Assembly: GCA_028286685.1 (NCBI GenBank)
Contig: JAQBRA010000003.1
Location: 1 to 61,291 of the forward strand
DNA length: 61,291 nucleotides
Reading direction: 5' to 3'
Origin: Candidatus Adlerbacteria bacterium
Lineage (GTDB): Bacteria; Patescibacteriota; Minisyncoccia; Phycocordibacterales; SBAW01
A program made the position numbers and the translations under genes. Below are positions 43,655-52,602 of this stretch, piece after piece. The notes below the pieces were generated by a model. It was not told the origin of the DNA. It did not search any database and saw nothing but the letters and a program-made list of their open reading frames with translations. Within the stretch, counting starts at the first letter, position 1, and every line of letters starts with the position of its first letter.

Positions 43655-44230
43655 TTATTTGATGCAGGTAAACTGGAATTCTATCTCGTCAAAGCCGCCG
43701 ACCCAGAAACACCAGATGCGGCTTGCGAGCGCAGGCGAGAGGTTTGCAAAGAAGGAAATGACGGCATTTATCCCCGACAAAAGCGCGATAGTGATGCGGC
43801 CGTAGCCCATGTAAGGAAGCAGGTAGGGGAAGGCAAACCACTTAAGCCGCATGCTCTCCAGTTTAAAATCGACGCCAAAGTATCCCGATTTGGTAAAATT
43901 CTTATTAAAATAAAGCGGAAAGGTAACGTCAAATCCGTGCTCATGCTCGGCATGAGTAAAGCCGCGTGAAAAGTGCGGGACTTTTATGTGCAACGCGCCT
44001 CCCGGCGCCATAATACGATGAAGTTCAGTCATGACCTTAAAAGGCTTCTCAAGATGCTCAAGGCAGTGGGACATCTCAATCTCATCGATGCTTCCGTCGG
44101 CCCAGGGGTAAGGAAATACATTAAGATCGCAAACGAAGTCAGGCTTCGTCTCGGCGGTCCAATCTACGGTCGAAAAGCCTGTTTTCTTGCGGTCTCCGGA
44201 GCCTAAATCTAGTTTTAAATAAGTCGGCAT
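43655..44230 (-). CDS. Class I SAM-dependent methyltransferase (Methyltransf_11-like), paralog of 48933..49484
   Basis: LDLGSGDRKK..., EMSHCLEHLEKPFKVMTELHRIMAPGGALHIKVPHF. Confidence 0.75.
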   Translation of the reverse strand: MPTYLKLDLGSGDRKKTGFSTVDWTAETKPDFVCDLNVFPYPWADGSIDEIEMSHCLEHLEKPFKVMTELHRIMAPGGALHIKVPHFSRGFTHAEHEHGFDVTFPLYFNKNFTKSGYFGVDFKLESMRLKWFAFPYLLPYMGYGRITIALLSGINAVISFFANLSPALASRIWCFWVGGFDEIEFQFTCIK

Positions 44231-44289
44231 GGGGCGGGGCTAGTGTTGCCACATATCGTACCATAAGCCGGGGTACAAAAGATGCCGGT

Positions 44290-44973
44290 CTAGAGCTTTC
44301 TAAATGGAGCGTCAGTCGGAACAAACACCAAGTCTGCCTGCATAAGCCGTCCGTCTATAATCGCGCCTTCCACCATGTCGTAGACCGAGAATCCGTGGTC
44401 TTTCATGTAGCTCACCACATCTGCCAATTCGACCCCTCCTTCGTATTGCCGGGCGATAGAAGTTTCGACCACGACTGCCGCAGAATTCTTAAGGGTCTCT
44501 TGTGCGCCCTTTAGTACCTCCATTTCTGCGCCCTCAACATCAATCTTAATCAAATAGGGTGCGGGCAGATTGCCAGTCAGACTGTCAAGCGGCATAACGC
44601 GGACCTCGACCTGCGCGGCCTCCGGGCGGTTTGCATAGCGCAGCGAGGATGCCTTGCGCCCGTTTTTGTAAAGCTTAACGATACCTTCCTGCGCTCCGCA
44701 GAACACTTTCTCAACTCGGGCGGGGAGCTGTGCGGCAAGCCTGTCCAGTAGTTCCCTATATTCAGGATTGGCTTCCACTAAAAGCATGGGGTAGCCCTTA
44801 AACACGTCATACAGCTCGGGCGTCCCCTCTGCTACGCCAATATCGATAACCGAGCCGATAGGTGTCCGGCGCTTAAGCTCTCGCAAGCCTGCTTCAAAAG
44901 TATGCAGCGGGGCGTTGACGGAGCGTATCTCCTTACCCGCGAGGCCCAATATTTTGTTGATAAGCTTTTTCAT
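44290..44973 (-). CDS. FkbM-family methyltransferase, copy 2
   Basis: VIDIGVAEGTPELYDVF, LLVEANPEY and LIKIDVEGAEMEVLKGA. The start overlaps the asnB-like stop (ATGA type). Confidence 0.8.
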   Translation of the reverse strand: MKKLINKILGLAGKEIRSVNAPLHTFEAGLRELKRRTPIGSVIDIGVAEGTPELYDVFKGYPMLLVEANPEYRELLDRLAAQLPARVEKVFCGAQEGIVKLYKNGRKASSLRYANRPEAAQVEVRVMPLDSLTGNLPAPYLIKIDVEGAEMEVLKGAQETLKNSAAVVVETSIARQYEGGVELADVVSYMKDHGFSVYDMVEGAIIDGRLMQADLVFVPTDAPFRKL

Positions 44974-46841
44974 ACAGAGTCGATCCAGCGATCGTACCAT
45001 AACTGGAATATCAGGAGCGTCCAAAGCTTCTTTCCGTAATTGCGCTTGCCGGATAAGTGGTCTTCCAAGAGGCGTGAGACCTCTTTAGTGTTAAAAAGCC
45101 CGGATTTGTCGATGTTCCTCTCGGACAAAACATCCTTTGCCAAGCTGCTGAGCTCTCCCTTAAGCCATCCAGCCACCGGCGCGGCAAAGCCTTGCTTGGG
45201 GCGGTCGAGTATGGCGTCCGGCAGGCGCCCGCGCATAAGGGTGCGCAGCATATGTTTGCCGCGGCCACTCTTGTATTTAAGCTCTGGCGGCAGCGCCAAC
45301 AAAAATTCTACCAGGTCGTGCGACAAAAACGGCGCGCGTACTTCCAGCCCGTACGCCATGCTTGCGCGGTCCACTTTTACCAAGACCTGGTCCATGAGGT
45401 AGGTGCGCATGTATAAATGAGACAATGCGCTGACTTTCGAGAGCTTAGGGCATTCCGCATGCCATTGCGCGATAAGTTCTTCTGTTATTCCGCTCGATTG
45501 CTCTGCTGCATCGGGCGAGAGTAGCGTTTGCAGTTCGTCCTCCCTAAAGCTCCCCAGCCATTGCAAATGCCGCACCGCCTGATTGTCGGAGTAGTCGTGG
45601 GTAAACTTGCGCGCCTTAAAATCAAGCCCCATGTAGCCGCTCGAGGCCGGCAAGAGGTCGACTATGCGGCGCAAGGTGCTGCGCATGCTTGCGGGCAGCC
45701 GCCCGTAAAGCCGGGCGTACTCCTCGGCCTTAAAAGTAGGGTAGCCCAGTAAAAGTTCGTCCGCGCCGTCGCCGCCGAGCGCTACGGTTACGTGCTCTCG
45801 AGTAAACTGCGACAACAGTAAGGTTGGCAATATCGAGGCGTCCGCCATCGGTTCATCGAGCACGTGCGGCAGTTTTTCCACCAGCGCCAAAGCTTCCTTC
45901 CCGTTCAGTATTTTTTCGTAATGCTCCGTGCCCAGGTGCTTGGCAACCAACCTTGCCTGCGTAGACTCATCAAAGCTCTTTTCGCTGAAGCCGATTGAAA
46001 ATGTCTTTATCTTTTGCGCCGATGCTTTCGAGGCATAGTAGGCAACCGTCGAGCTGTCTATGCCGCCGGAGAGAAAGACTCCAAGCGGCACGTCGGCTAT
46101 CATGCGCTCGCGGGTAGCGTTTTCAAGCAGAGAGTCAAAGCGTGCCAGTGCCTCTGCTTCAGTCAGTGCCGTAGCGGATACGCTGGGGTTCCAATAGGGC
46201 GCAATGCTTATCGTGCCGTCCTTAAGGCGCAGGTACGAGCCCGGCATAAGCTTGTGCACGCCCTTATATATAGAGCGCGGTGTAGGCACGTATTCGCGCC
46301 CGAGGTAGTGGGCCAGCGAGCGTAGGTCGATCTCGTGCGGGCACTCCGGATGCGCGCGCAGGGCTTTAAGCTCCGAGCCGAATATAAAAGTATGCGGCGT
46401 CTGAGTCCAGTACAGGGGCTTCTTGCCCAAGCGGTCGCGCACCAAGATAAACTCTCCGGTCTGTGAGTCAAAGAGCGCAAAGGCGAACATGCCGCGCAGC
46501 CGCCTAAAGCTCTCCGTGCCCCAGGTAGCATAAGCGGCCAAGATAACCTCCGTGTCGGAATGGAGTTTGAAGGGGTAGGAGCTGAGTTCCTTTTTAAGCT
46601 CGGCAAAATTATATATTTCGCCATTGAAGGTAATGCGGTAGCGTCCCTCTGCGCTTGCCATGGGTTGCGTTGCGCTCGAAGAAAGGTCAATAATGGCAAG
46701 TCGCGTGTGAGCGAGGCCCGCGCGTCCATCCGCAGACACCCAGGTACCCGATGCATCCGGCCCGCGGTGCTTCAGGCATGCGCTCATAGCTTCGAGCGCC
46801 TGCTCGTTTCCATTACCCAGATAGCCGGCTATACCGCACAT
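44970..46841 (-). CDS. Asparagine synthase (glutamine-hydrolysing) family amidotransferase, copy 2
   Basis: MCGIAGY N-terminus at ATG 46841, HRGPDA, FNGEIYNF, and the LSGGIDSS PP-loop. Confidence 0.9.
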   Translation of the reverse strand: MCGIAGYLGNGNEQALEAMSACLKHRGPDASGTWVSADGRAGLAHTRLAIIDLSSSATQPMASAEGRYRITFNGEIYNFAELKKELSSYPFKLHSDTEVILAAYATWGTESFRRLRGMFAFALFDSQTGEFILVRDRLGKKPLYWTQTPHTFIFGSELKALRAHPECPHEIDLRSLAHYLGREYVPTPRSIYKGVHKLMPGSYLRLKDGTISIAPYWNPSVSATALTEAEALARFDSLLENATRERMIADVPLGVFLSGGIDSSTVAYYASKASAQKIKTFSIGFSEKSFDESTQARLVAKHLGTEHYEKILNGKEALALVEKLPHVLDEPMADASILPTLLLSQFTREHVTVALGGDGADELLLGYPTFKAEEYARLYGRLPASMRSTLRRIVDLLPASSGYMGLDFKARKFTHDYSDNQAVRHLQWLGSFREDELQTLLSPDAAEQSSGITEELIAQWHAECPKLSKVSALSHLYMRTYLMDQVLVKVDRASMAYGLEVRAPFLSHDLVEFLLALPPELKYKSGRGKHMLRTLMRGRLPDAILDRPKQGFAAPVAGWLKGELSSLAKDVLSERNIDKSGLFNTKEVSRLLEDHLSGKRNYGKKLWTLLIFQLWYDRWIDSV

Positions 46842-46866
46842 ATGGTTTATATGGTACAACGGGAGC

Positions 46867-47835
46867 GTGGAAACTGCTCGCGATCCAAAAAGTCTTATAT
46901 CGATAGTTATCCCGGTTTATAACGAGGCGCTTAGCCTGCCCGGACTCTTTGATCGCCTTGGCGAAGTGCTTGCCGTACTCGGCCGACCGTACGAGGTCAT
47001 TATGGTAGACGACGGATCCAAGGACGGCTCATTTGATAAAATAGTCGAATTGGCAAAAGGTCGTCCTGTAACTGCAATCCGCCTCAAGCGCAACTTCGGC
47101 CAGACAGCCGCGCTCTCGGCTGGCATCGAGCAGGCGAAGGGCGAAATAATCGTAACGCTCGATTCGGATTTGGAAAACGATCCGCGCGACATCCCACTCC
47201 TTCTTAAAAAAATGGACGAAGGCTTTGATGTCGTCTCCGGATGGCGCCAAGCCCGATGGAAAGGCTCGTTCCTTTCCCGCAAATTGCCGTCCGTTGCGGC
47301 CAACTGGCTTATCTCGACGCTCTCGGGCGTACCGCTCCATGATTACGGCTGCACGCTCAAGGCGTATCGCGCCGACCTGGTAAAGGGCGTGGTTCTTTAC
47401 GGCGACATGCATCGCTTTATCCCTGCATACGCTTCGTGGCAGGGTGGGGTAGTGGCCGAAGTGCCAGTGTCGTACGCGCCGCGCCTGCACGGCAAGAGCA
47501 ATTACGGTATGGGCCGCATCATCCGCGTGCTGCTCGATCTGGTAGTCGTAGTATTTATGCACAAGTACATGAACCGCCCCATGCACTTCTTCGGCGGATG
47601 GGGGCTTGTGAGTTTCAGTGCTGGTGCCTTCTTCGGCGCGCTTTCCATCGTGCTTAAGATTATGGAGTTGCGCGATTTCGTCGAGACCCCTCTGCCGCTG
47701 TGGAGCGCGCTTTTTATAATCGTCGGCGTGCAGATGGTGATGTTTGGCGTTGTGGGGGAGATGCTTATGCGCACCTATTACGAGTCGCAGGGTCGCCGCC
47801 CGTACGTGGTCAAAGACAAGGTTGCGGTATCCTAA
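46867..47835 (+). CDS. GT2 polyprenyl-phosphate glycosyltransferase (GtrB/ArnC/DPM1-like) with two C-terminal TM helices
   Basis: ISIVIPVYNE, VIMVDDGSKDGS and TLDSDLENDP (DxD). C-terminal TM pair. GTG start lies 25 nt from the divergent asnB-like start. Confidence 0.85.
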   Translation: METARDPKSLISIVIPVYNEALSLPGLFDRLGEVLAVLGRPYEVIMVDDGSKDGSFDKIVELAKGRPVTAIRLKRNFGQTAALSAGIEQAKGEIIVTLDSDLENDPRDIPLLLKKMDEGFDVVSGWRQARWKGSFLSRKLPSVAANWLISTLSGVPLHDYGCTLKAYRADLVKGVVLYGDMHRFIPAYASWQGGVVAEVPVSYAPRLHGKSNYGMGRIIRVLLDLVVVVFMHKYMNRPMHFFGGWGLVSFSAGAFFGALSIVLKIMELRDFVETPLPLWSALFIIVGVQMVMFGVVGEMLMRTYYESQGRRPYVVKDKVAVS

Positions 47836-47839
47836 GGGT

Positions 47840-48940
47840 ATGAAGTTGCTGTACGCCGCCTTTGTACGCCTGCCCACCGAAAAGGCGCATGGCGCCCAGA
47901 TTGTGCGCACCTGCGAGGCATTGGCGCGGCAGGGCATGGCAGTAGTGCTGGCAATTCCGGGCCGCAAGACTTCCATTGCGCAGGATGTTTTTGAATACTA
48001 CGGCGCTGAGCGTACCTTTGCGGTTGTATCCTTGCCGGTTGCCGATCTTGTGGGGCTCGGGCGCATCGGCTTTCTCTGGTCGTCACTTCTCTTTGCTTGC
48101 CGCATTTCCCGCCGAGCCAAAGCGCAAGGGTCCGACTGCATCTATTCGCGTGACAAGACGGTTCTTGTGGCGCTTAATTTATTAAGCCGCGTTCCTCTGG
48201 TATGGGAAATCCACGGTAGCGAGCCCTTGTGGGCGCTGCGCATCCTTAGCAGGGCAAAATTCGTGGCGATAACCGCAGGCATACGCGACGACCTTGTGGC
48301 CCGCGGAGTTCCGCCCCAAAGCATTTGCGTAGCGCATGACGGCATTGACCTGGACTCGTTTGCCGATACTGAGCCTCAGGGCGTCGCGCGCAGCCGGCTC
48401 GGGATCCCGCTTGGAAGAAAGACGGTCATGTACATAGGTCGCCTCGATGGCTGGAAGGGGACAGGTACCCTGCTTGAAGCATCTGAGCTTCTACCCGATG
48501 ATGTGCAGGTGGCTATTATTGGCGGAGAGCAAGAGCAGGTTAAGTGGCTGCGCAGCCGGTACCCGCACGTGCTGTTTTTGGGCTTTCTGCCGTACCGCGA
48601 CATTGCGCGCAACGAGGCCGCTGCCGATGTGCTCGTGCTTCCGAATACGGCTAAAGACATTACCTCGCTTAAGTACACCTCGCCGCTCAAGCTCTTTGCC
48701 TACATGGCCTCCGGAGTGCCCATGGTGGTGTCTGACTTGCCCTCCCTGCGCGAGATTATTTCGGAAAAAGAGGCTTTTCTAATAGAGCCTGATAATGCCC
48801 AGACGCTTGCAGGGGCGATCATGGCGGCACTCAAGGCGCCCGATGCCCAGGAGCGCGCGCGACGGGCAAAAGAGCGCGTAGCCGAGTATACTTGGGACAA
48901 GCGCGCCGAGCGCATCGTAAAGCATGTCAGCCATGTCTAA
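47840..48940 (+). CDS. Glycosyltransferase family 4
   Basis: RLPTEKAHGAQIV N-domain and SPLKLFAYMASGVPMVVSDLPSLREII C-domain. Confidence 0.8.
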   Translation: MKLLYAAFVRLPTEKAHGAQIVRTCEALARQGMAVVLAIPGRKTSIAQDVFEYYGAERTFAVVSLPVADLVGLGRIGFLWSSLLFACRISRRAKAQGSDCIYSRDKTVLVALNLLSRVPLVWEIHGSEPLWALRILSRAKFVAITAGIRDDLVARGVPPQSICVAHDGIDLDSFADTEPQGVARSRLGIPLGRKTVMYIGRLDGWKGTGTLLEASELLPDDVQVAIIGGEQEQVKWLRSRYPHVLFLGFLPYRDIARNEAAADVLVLPNTAKDITSLKYTSPLKLFAYMASGVPMVVSDLPSLREIISEKEAFLIEPDNAQTLAGAIMAALKAPDAQERARRAKERVAEYTWDKRAERIVKHVSHV

Positions 48941-49484
48941 AAAGCTAAACTTGGGATGCGGGACCGATATCCGCGATGGATGGGTTAATCTCGACTCGGC
49001 CGCGCTTCCGGGCGTTGATGTAGTCCACGATATAAATATTCTGCCGCTGCCGTTTGAGGAAGGCCTCTTTGATGAGATCGTCTGCCAGGATATCCTCGAG
49101 CACATTGCCGACTATACGCCGCTCCTAAAGGAGCTGCACCGAGTGCTGGTCCCCGGGGGGCTCGTGCATATACGAGTGCCGCACTTTACCTCCAAGAACA
49201 ACTTTACCGACCCGACGCATCGTCGCATGTTTTCTACGTCTACCTTCGATTTTTTCACTAAGAACACACGCTGGCACAAGGCCCGCCATTACTACTTTGA
49301 CTTCTCCTTCAGCGATATACCCAAGCTCGAGCTGACCTTCGAGCTCTCTTCGCGCGCTTTTTTCTACAACAAATGGGTCGCTCCCGTAGTAAATAAAAGC
49401 CGGCACCGTCTCGCCATGTACGAGTCGACGCTCTGGTCGAGGCTGTTTCCGGCCGTCAATATTTGCGTAACGCTTAAAAAATAA
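48933..49484 (+). CDS. Class I SAM-dependent methyltransferase (Methyltransf_11-like)
   Basis: LNLGCGTDIRDGWVNLD and CQDILEHIADYTPLLKELHRVLVPGGLVHIRVPHF. An alternative start exists at 48924. Confidence 0.75.
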   Translation: MSKKLNLGCGTDIRDGWVNLDSAALPGVDVVHDINILPLPFEEGLFDEIVCQDILEHIADYTPLLKELHRVLVPGGLVHIRVPHFTSKNNFTDPTHRRMFSTSTFDFFTKNTRWHKARHYYFDFSFSDIPKLELTFELSSRAFFYNKWVAPVVNKSRHRLAMYESTLWSRLFPAVNICVTLKK

Positions 49485-50602
49485 TGCGCATAGGCTTTGA
49501 TGCAGTGGCGGCTATAGGACGAAGCGGAAATGCCACGTATTCCTACGAGCTCATATCCCATGTGATGCGGCGTGGCGCGGCAAACCGGTATTATCTTTTT
49601 TCCTACTTGCACGACATGGGGAGGCCTCTGTTTAAGAAAGGCGCAGGCCATACAGAGGTGCACTCGCAGCTGGTAGCAAGCCTGTTCCCGCTTCCACACC
49701 TGCACCAGGTCAACGACTTTCTGCTGCGTTTGCATGCGCGTGCGCGCCGGGTCGATATATTTCATTTTACGAACCCGCTCAATTACATAGATGGCCCCTT
49801 TAAGAAAGTTGTCACGGTGCATGACCTTGCGCCGCTGCATGACCCATCTTGGACGAAGGAGCATTCCGGCAGGTTGTTCAAGGAGAGGCTCGGCGCGGTG
49901 GCGCGTGCCGATGCGATTATTGCGGTATCGAAATTCACCAAGCAAGACATTGTGGAAAAGCTGGGTGTCGCGCCTGAGCGCATAACGGTCGTGTACGAAG
50001 GGGCCGGAAATATCTTCTATCCCGACGAGGATAAGGCCGGCATTGCCGCATTGGTGGGCGACAGTAGGTATGTTTTGTGCGTCGGCCAGCTGCAGCCCCG
50101 CAAGAATAACCGCAACCTGCTCCTGGCGTTCGCTTCGATCGCTCCCGACTTCCCCGACACCAAGCTGGTGTTTGCAGGGTCGGCAGTAAGCCCGGAGTAT
50201 CTGCAGGGCCTTAAAGATGCGGCTGCGGCAAGCGGGGTAGAGGGCTCCATAGTATTTGCAGGTTCGGTTGGTAATGACTTTCTGCGCCGGCTTTATACCC
50301 ACGCTTTCTGTTTTGCATATCCGTCTTTCTTCGAAGGATTCGGCCTGCCCATACTCGAGTCGCTCCAATGCGGCGTGCCGGTCATCACCTCTGATGCCTC
50401 TTCATTGCCGGAGGTGGCGGGGGATGCAGGCTTACTGGTTAACCCACACTCGGTAGAAAGCATTGCCGCGGCGCTCAGACAGCTTCTCTGTGACACTGCC
50501 GTAAAAGATCGGCTTCTTTTGGCCATACCTGCCCAGCTGGCAAAGTTCAGCTGGAAAAAAGCCGCAGAGGAAACCCTTAAAGTATATGAAAGCCTCTCCT
50601 AG
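49484..50602 (+). CDS. Glycosyltransferase family 4
   Basis: FEGFGLPILESLQCGVPVITSDASSLPEVAGDAGLLVNP. The ATG overlaps the upstream TAA by 1 nt. Confidence 0.85.
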   Translation: MRIGFDAVAAIGRSGNATYSYELISHVMRRGAANRYYLFSYLHDMGRPLFKKGAGHTEVHSQLVASLFPLPHLHQVNDFLLRLHARARRVDIFHFTNPLNYIDGPFKKVVTVHDLAPLHDPSWTKEHSGRLFKERLGAVARADAIIAVSKFTKQDIVEKLGVAPERITVVYEGAGNIFYPDEDKAGIAALVGDSRYVLCVGQLQPRKNNRNLLLAFASIAPDFPDTKLVFAGSAVSPEYLQGLKDAAAASGVEGSIVFAGSVGNDFLRRLYTHAFCFAYPSFFEGFGLPILESLQCGVPVITSDASSLPEVAGDAGLLVNPHSVESIAAALRQLLCDTAVKDRLLLAIPAQLAKFSWKKAAEETLKVYESLS

Positions 50603-51665
50603 CAATATGCGCTTTATTACCGTGCTGTTCGGCCCGCTGGGAGACGCCCTCATGGCGCTGGCGCTTTTTGACGATATACAGAGAGCCGCTCCCGATGCAA
50701 CCTTGCTGATACTTACGCGCCGCAACGCCGGCATGATGAGCACTCTTGCGACTGAATACCCGCAGGTGAGCGTGGCCGAGATTCCGCGCGGCTTGGGGGT
50801 GCTGCCTTTTTTTGCGCGCATTATCTTGCGGCCCGGCTGGACTCTGCTTACGCTCGGACTGGTATCTATTGGCTACTCCTTGCCGCTGCGGCTCTTTTTC
50901 CTGTGTATGAGGCTCATCCCGGGCAACCGCACTGTCGGGTTCCACGACCCGGTGCTCCAGGTGGCGCTCGATTTCGATATTAAGCTCCTCATGATAAATA
51001 ACCTGAGGCGCCTTCTCCCGTACGTTCTGCCGCAATGGCGAGCATGCGACGAGGCACCCCGCCTACGCATCCGCAAAGATAAACCGGCGGCCTTTCCCTA
51101 TGCTAAGGGGGCGTATATTGTCGCACACCTCTTTGGAGTCAGTATTCCGCACACTTTGCCGCCGCATCGCTGGCGCTCGATATTTGCGCACCTGCGCGCG
51201 CACTATCCGGGATATGAAATAGTGCTGACAGGCACGCCCTCGCAGCGCTCCGCAGCCCAAGAGGTTGCGGAGGGGCTCGACGGGGCGAGCATACGCACCG
51301 ACCTTTCAATGCACGAACTGGCGTACCTCATCGACAGCGCGGCGCTCTATATCGGTATAGATACCGGCGTCACGCACCTGGCCGGACTATTGCAGCAAAA
51401 GAGCCTGGTTATCAGGCACTGCGCCGACCCCACGTGGGTGCCGACCTATAATCCGCATGCGCGCATCCTGCTCAACTCAAGCCGCTGCACCCCGCAAGAC
51501 CCGATGCTCTGCGCGCTTATAAGCGAAGGGGGCCGCGAGTATCGCCGCTCTACATACGACATATCAGACCGGCTCATCCTTGAGTCGGCAGCGCTCGCGC
51601 TCTCCTCGGATGCGCGCCAGGTGCCGGGCTTTGCCGGCCTTATCGACGAGAAAGGGTCCGCTTAA
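50586..51665 (+). CDS. Glycosyltransferase family 9 (heptosyltransferase-like), copy 2
   Basis: VLFGPLGDALMALALFDDIQ and IGIDTGVTHLAGLL. The 3' end overlaps the convergent gene by 26 nt. Confidence 0.78.
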   Translation: MKASPSNMRFITVLFGPLGDALMALALFDDIQRAAPDATLLILTRRNAGMMSTLATEYPQVSVAEIPRGLGVLPFFARIILRPGWTLLTLGLVSIGYSLPLRLFFLCMRLIPGNRTVGFHDPVLQVALDFDIKLLMINNLRRLLPYVLPQWRACDEAPRLRIRKDKPAAFPYAKGAYIVAHLFGVSIPHTLPPHRWRSIFAHLRAHYPGYEIVLTGTPSQRSAAQEVAEGLDGASIRTDLSMHELAYLIDSAALYIGIDTGVTHLAGLLQQKSLVIRHCADPTWVPTYNPHARILLNSSRCTPQDPMLCALISEGGREYRRSTYDISDRLILESAALALSSDARQVPGFAGLIDEKGSA

Positions 51666-52602
51666 TCTGCGCGTATGCGCGCGGGAAGCGCGACCGCAAA
51701 AACCACCTCCACTGTTGGCTAAAGTAGCGGTTGATATTATGTTGCGTCTTAGAGCTGTAGTCGTCCGCTTGGGTGTTTGCCAGCAAAACCGGGGGGTGCT
51801 CAAGAGGAAAAGAGAGGGGGGTAGTGGGCAGGTTGGCGAACTCGTCTTCCATAGACAAGCCTTCTCTCCAGTGGGCGGCCTCGTGATCGATGCCGATGTT
51901 GCTCACAAGATTCGTTTTAGGATTGATGCAAAGCCCGCGGTTTATGTTGCAGGCAAAGAGCCACGGGCCTTCCCATGTATCGGCCTTACCCGCCCAGTTT
52001 CGCTCAAATAATATTTCCCAGCGCTCGCGCACCGCAGCGTCAGGGAATACGTCTCTCAGGAGTCCTTGTTTTTTGACGGAGGGCCAAGCTTCCATAGGGC
52101 GCTCGTCATACTTCTGCCAGGCGCGTCGCCACGTGGCCCATCCCCATAAGTTGGCCGTTACTGAAAAGTAATAGCTCTCCGGGCAGTTATAGCCGGCGTT
52201 GCCCCGCTGGAAATTGTCTCCGCTGATCTGCATCACCCTCTCATCGTCCTTGTATTTCTCCAGCAGCTCCTCGCAGTAGGGGAAGAAGGTCGGGTCGGGC
52301 AGGCAATCATCTTCCAAAAATATCGCACGATCCACGTGCTCAAATACCCACGATATGCCCGTAGGAGGGCCCTTTTTGACGCTTAAGTTTTCTGGAGCGT
52401 AGCGCCGCTGCACCTCGCACTCCCAGTCGACGTTTTCGGTCATGGCACGGGTGGCGTCGGTGCGCTTTCTTTCCGCCTCATTGCGGGGGCCGTCCGCAAT
52501 AATAAAGAGCTGTTTGGGTCGGGCTTGGCGTATGGCCTCAAATACCCGCGCTGTTTTCTCGGGGCGGTTAAATATGATAAAAGCGACGGGGGTATTAAGC
52601 AT
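51640..52602 (-). CDS. GT-A-fold glycosyltransferase-like protein (GNT-I/GT2-like)
   Basis: VAFIIFNRPEKTARVFEAIRQARPKQLFIIADGPRN and LEDDCLP (DxD-like). The start is at the internal ATG 52602. Confidence 0.55.
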   Translation of the reverse strand: MLNTPVAFIIFNRPEKTARVFEAIRQARPKQLFIIADGPRNEAERKRTDATRAMTENVDWECEVQRRYAPENLSVKKGPPTGISWVFEHVDRAIFLEDDCLPDPTFFPYCEELLEKYKDDERVMQISGDNFQRGNAGYNCPESYYFSVTANLWGWATWRRAWQKYDERPMEAWPSVKKQGLLRDVFPDAAVRERWEILFERNWAGKADTWEGPWLFACNINRGLCINPKTNLVSNIGIDHEAAHWREGLSMEDEFANLPTTPLSFPLEHPPVLLANTQADDYSSKTQHNINRYFSQQWRWFLRSRFPRAYAQIKRTLSRR

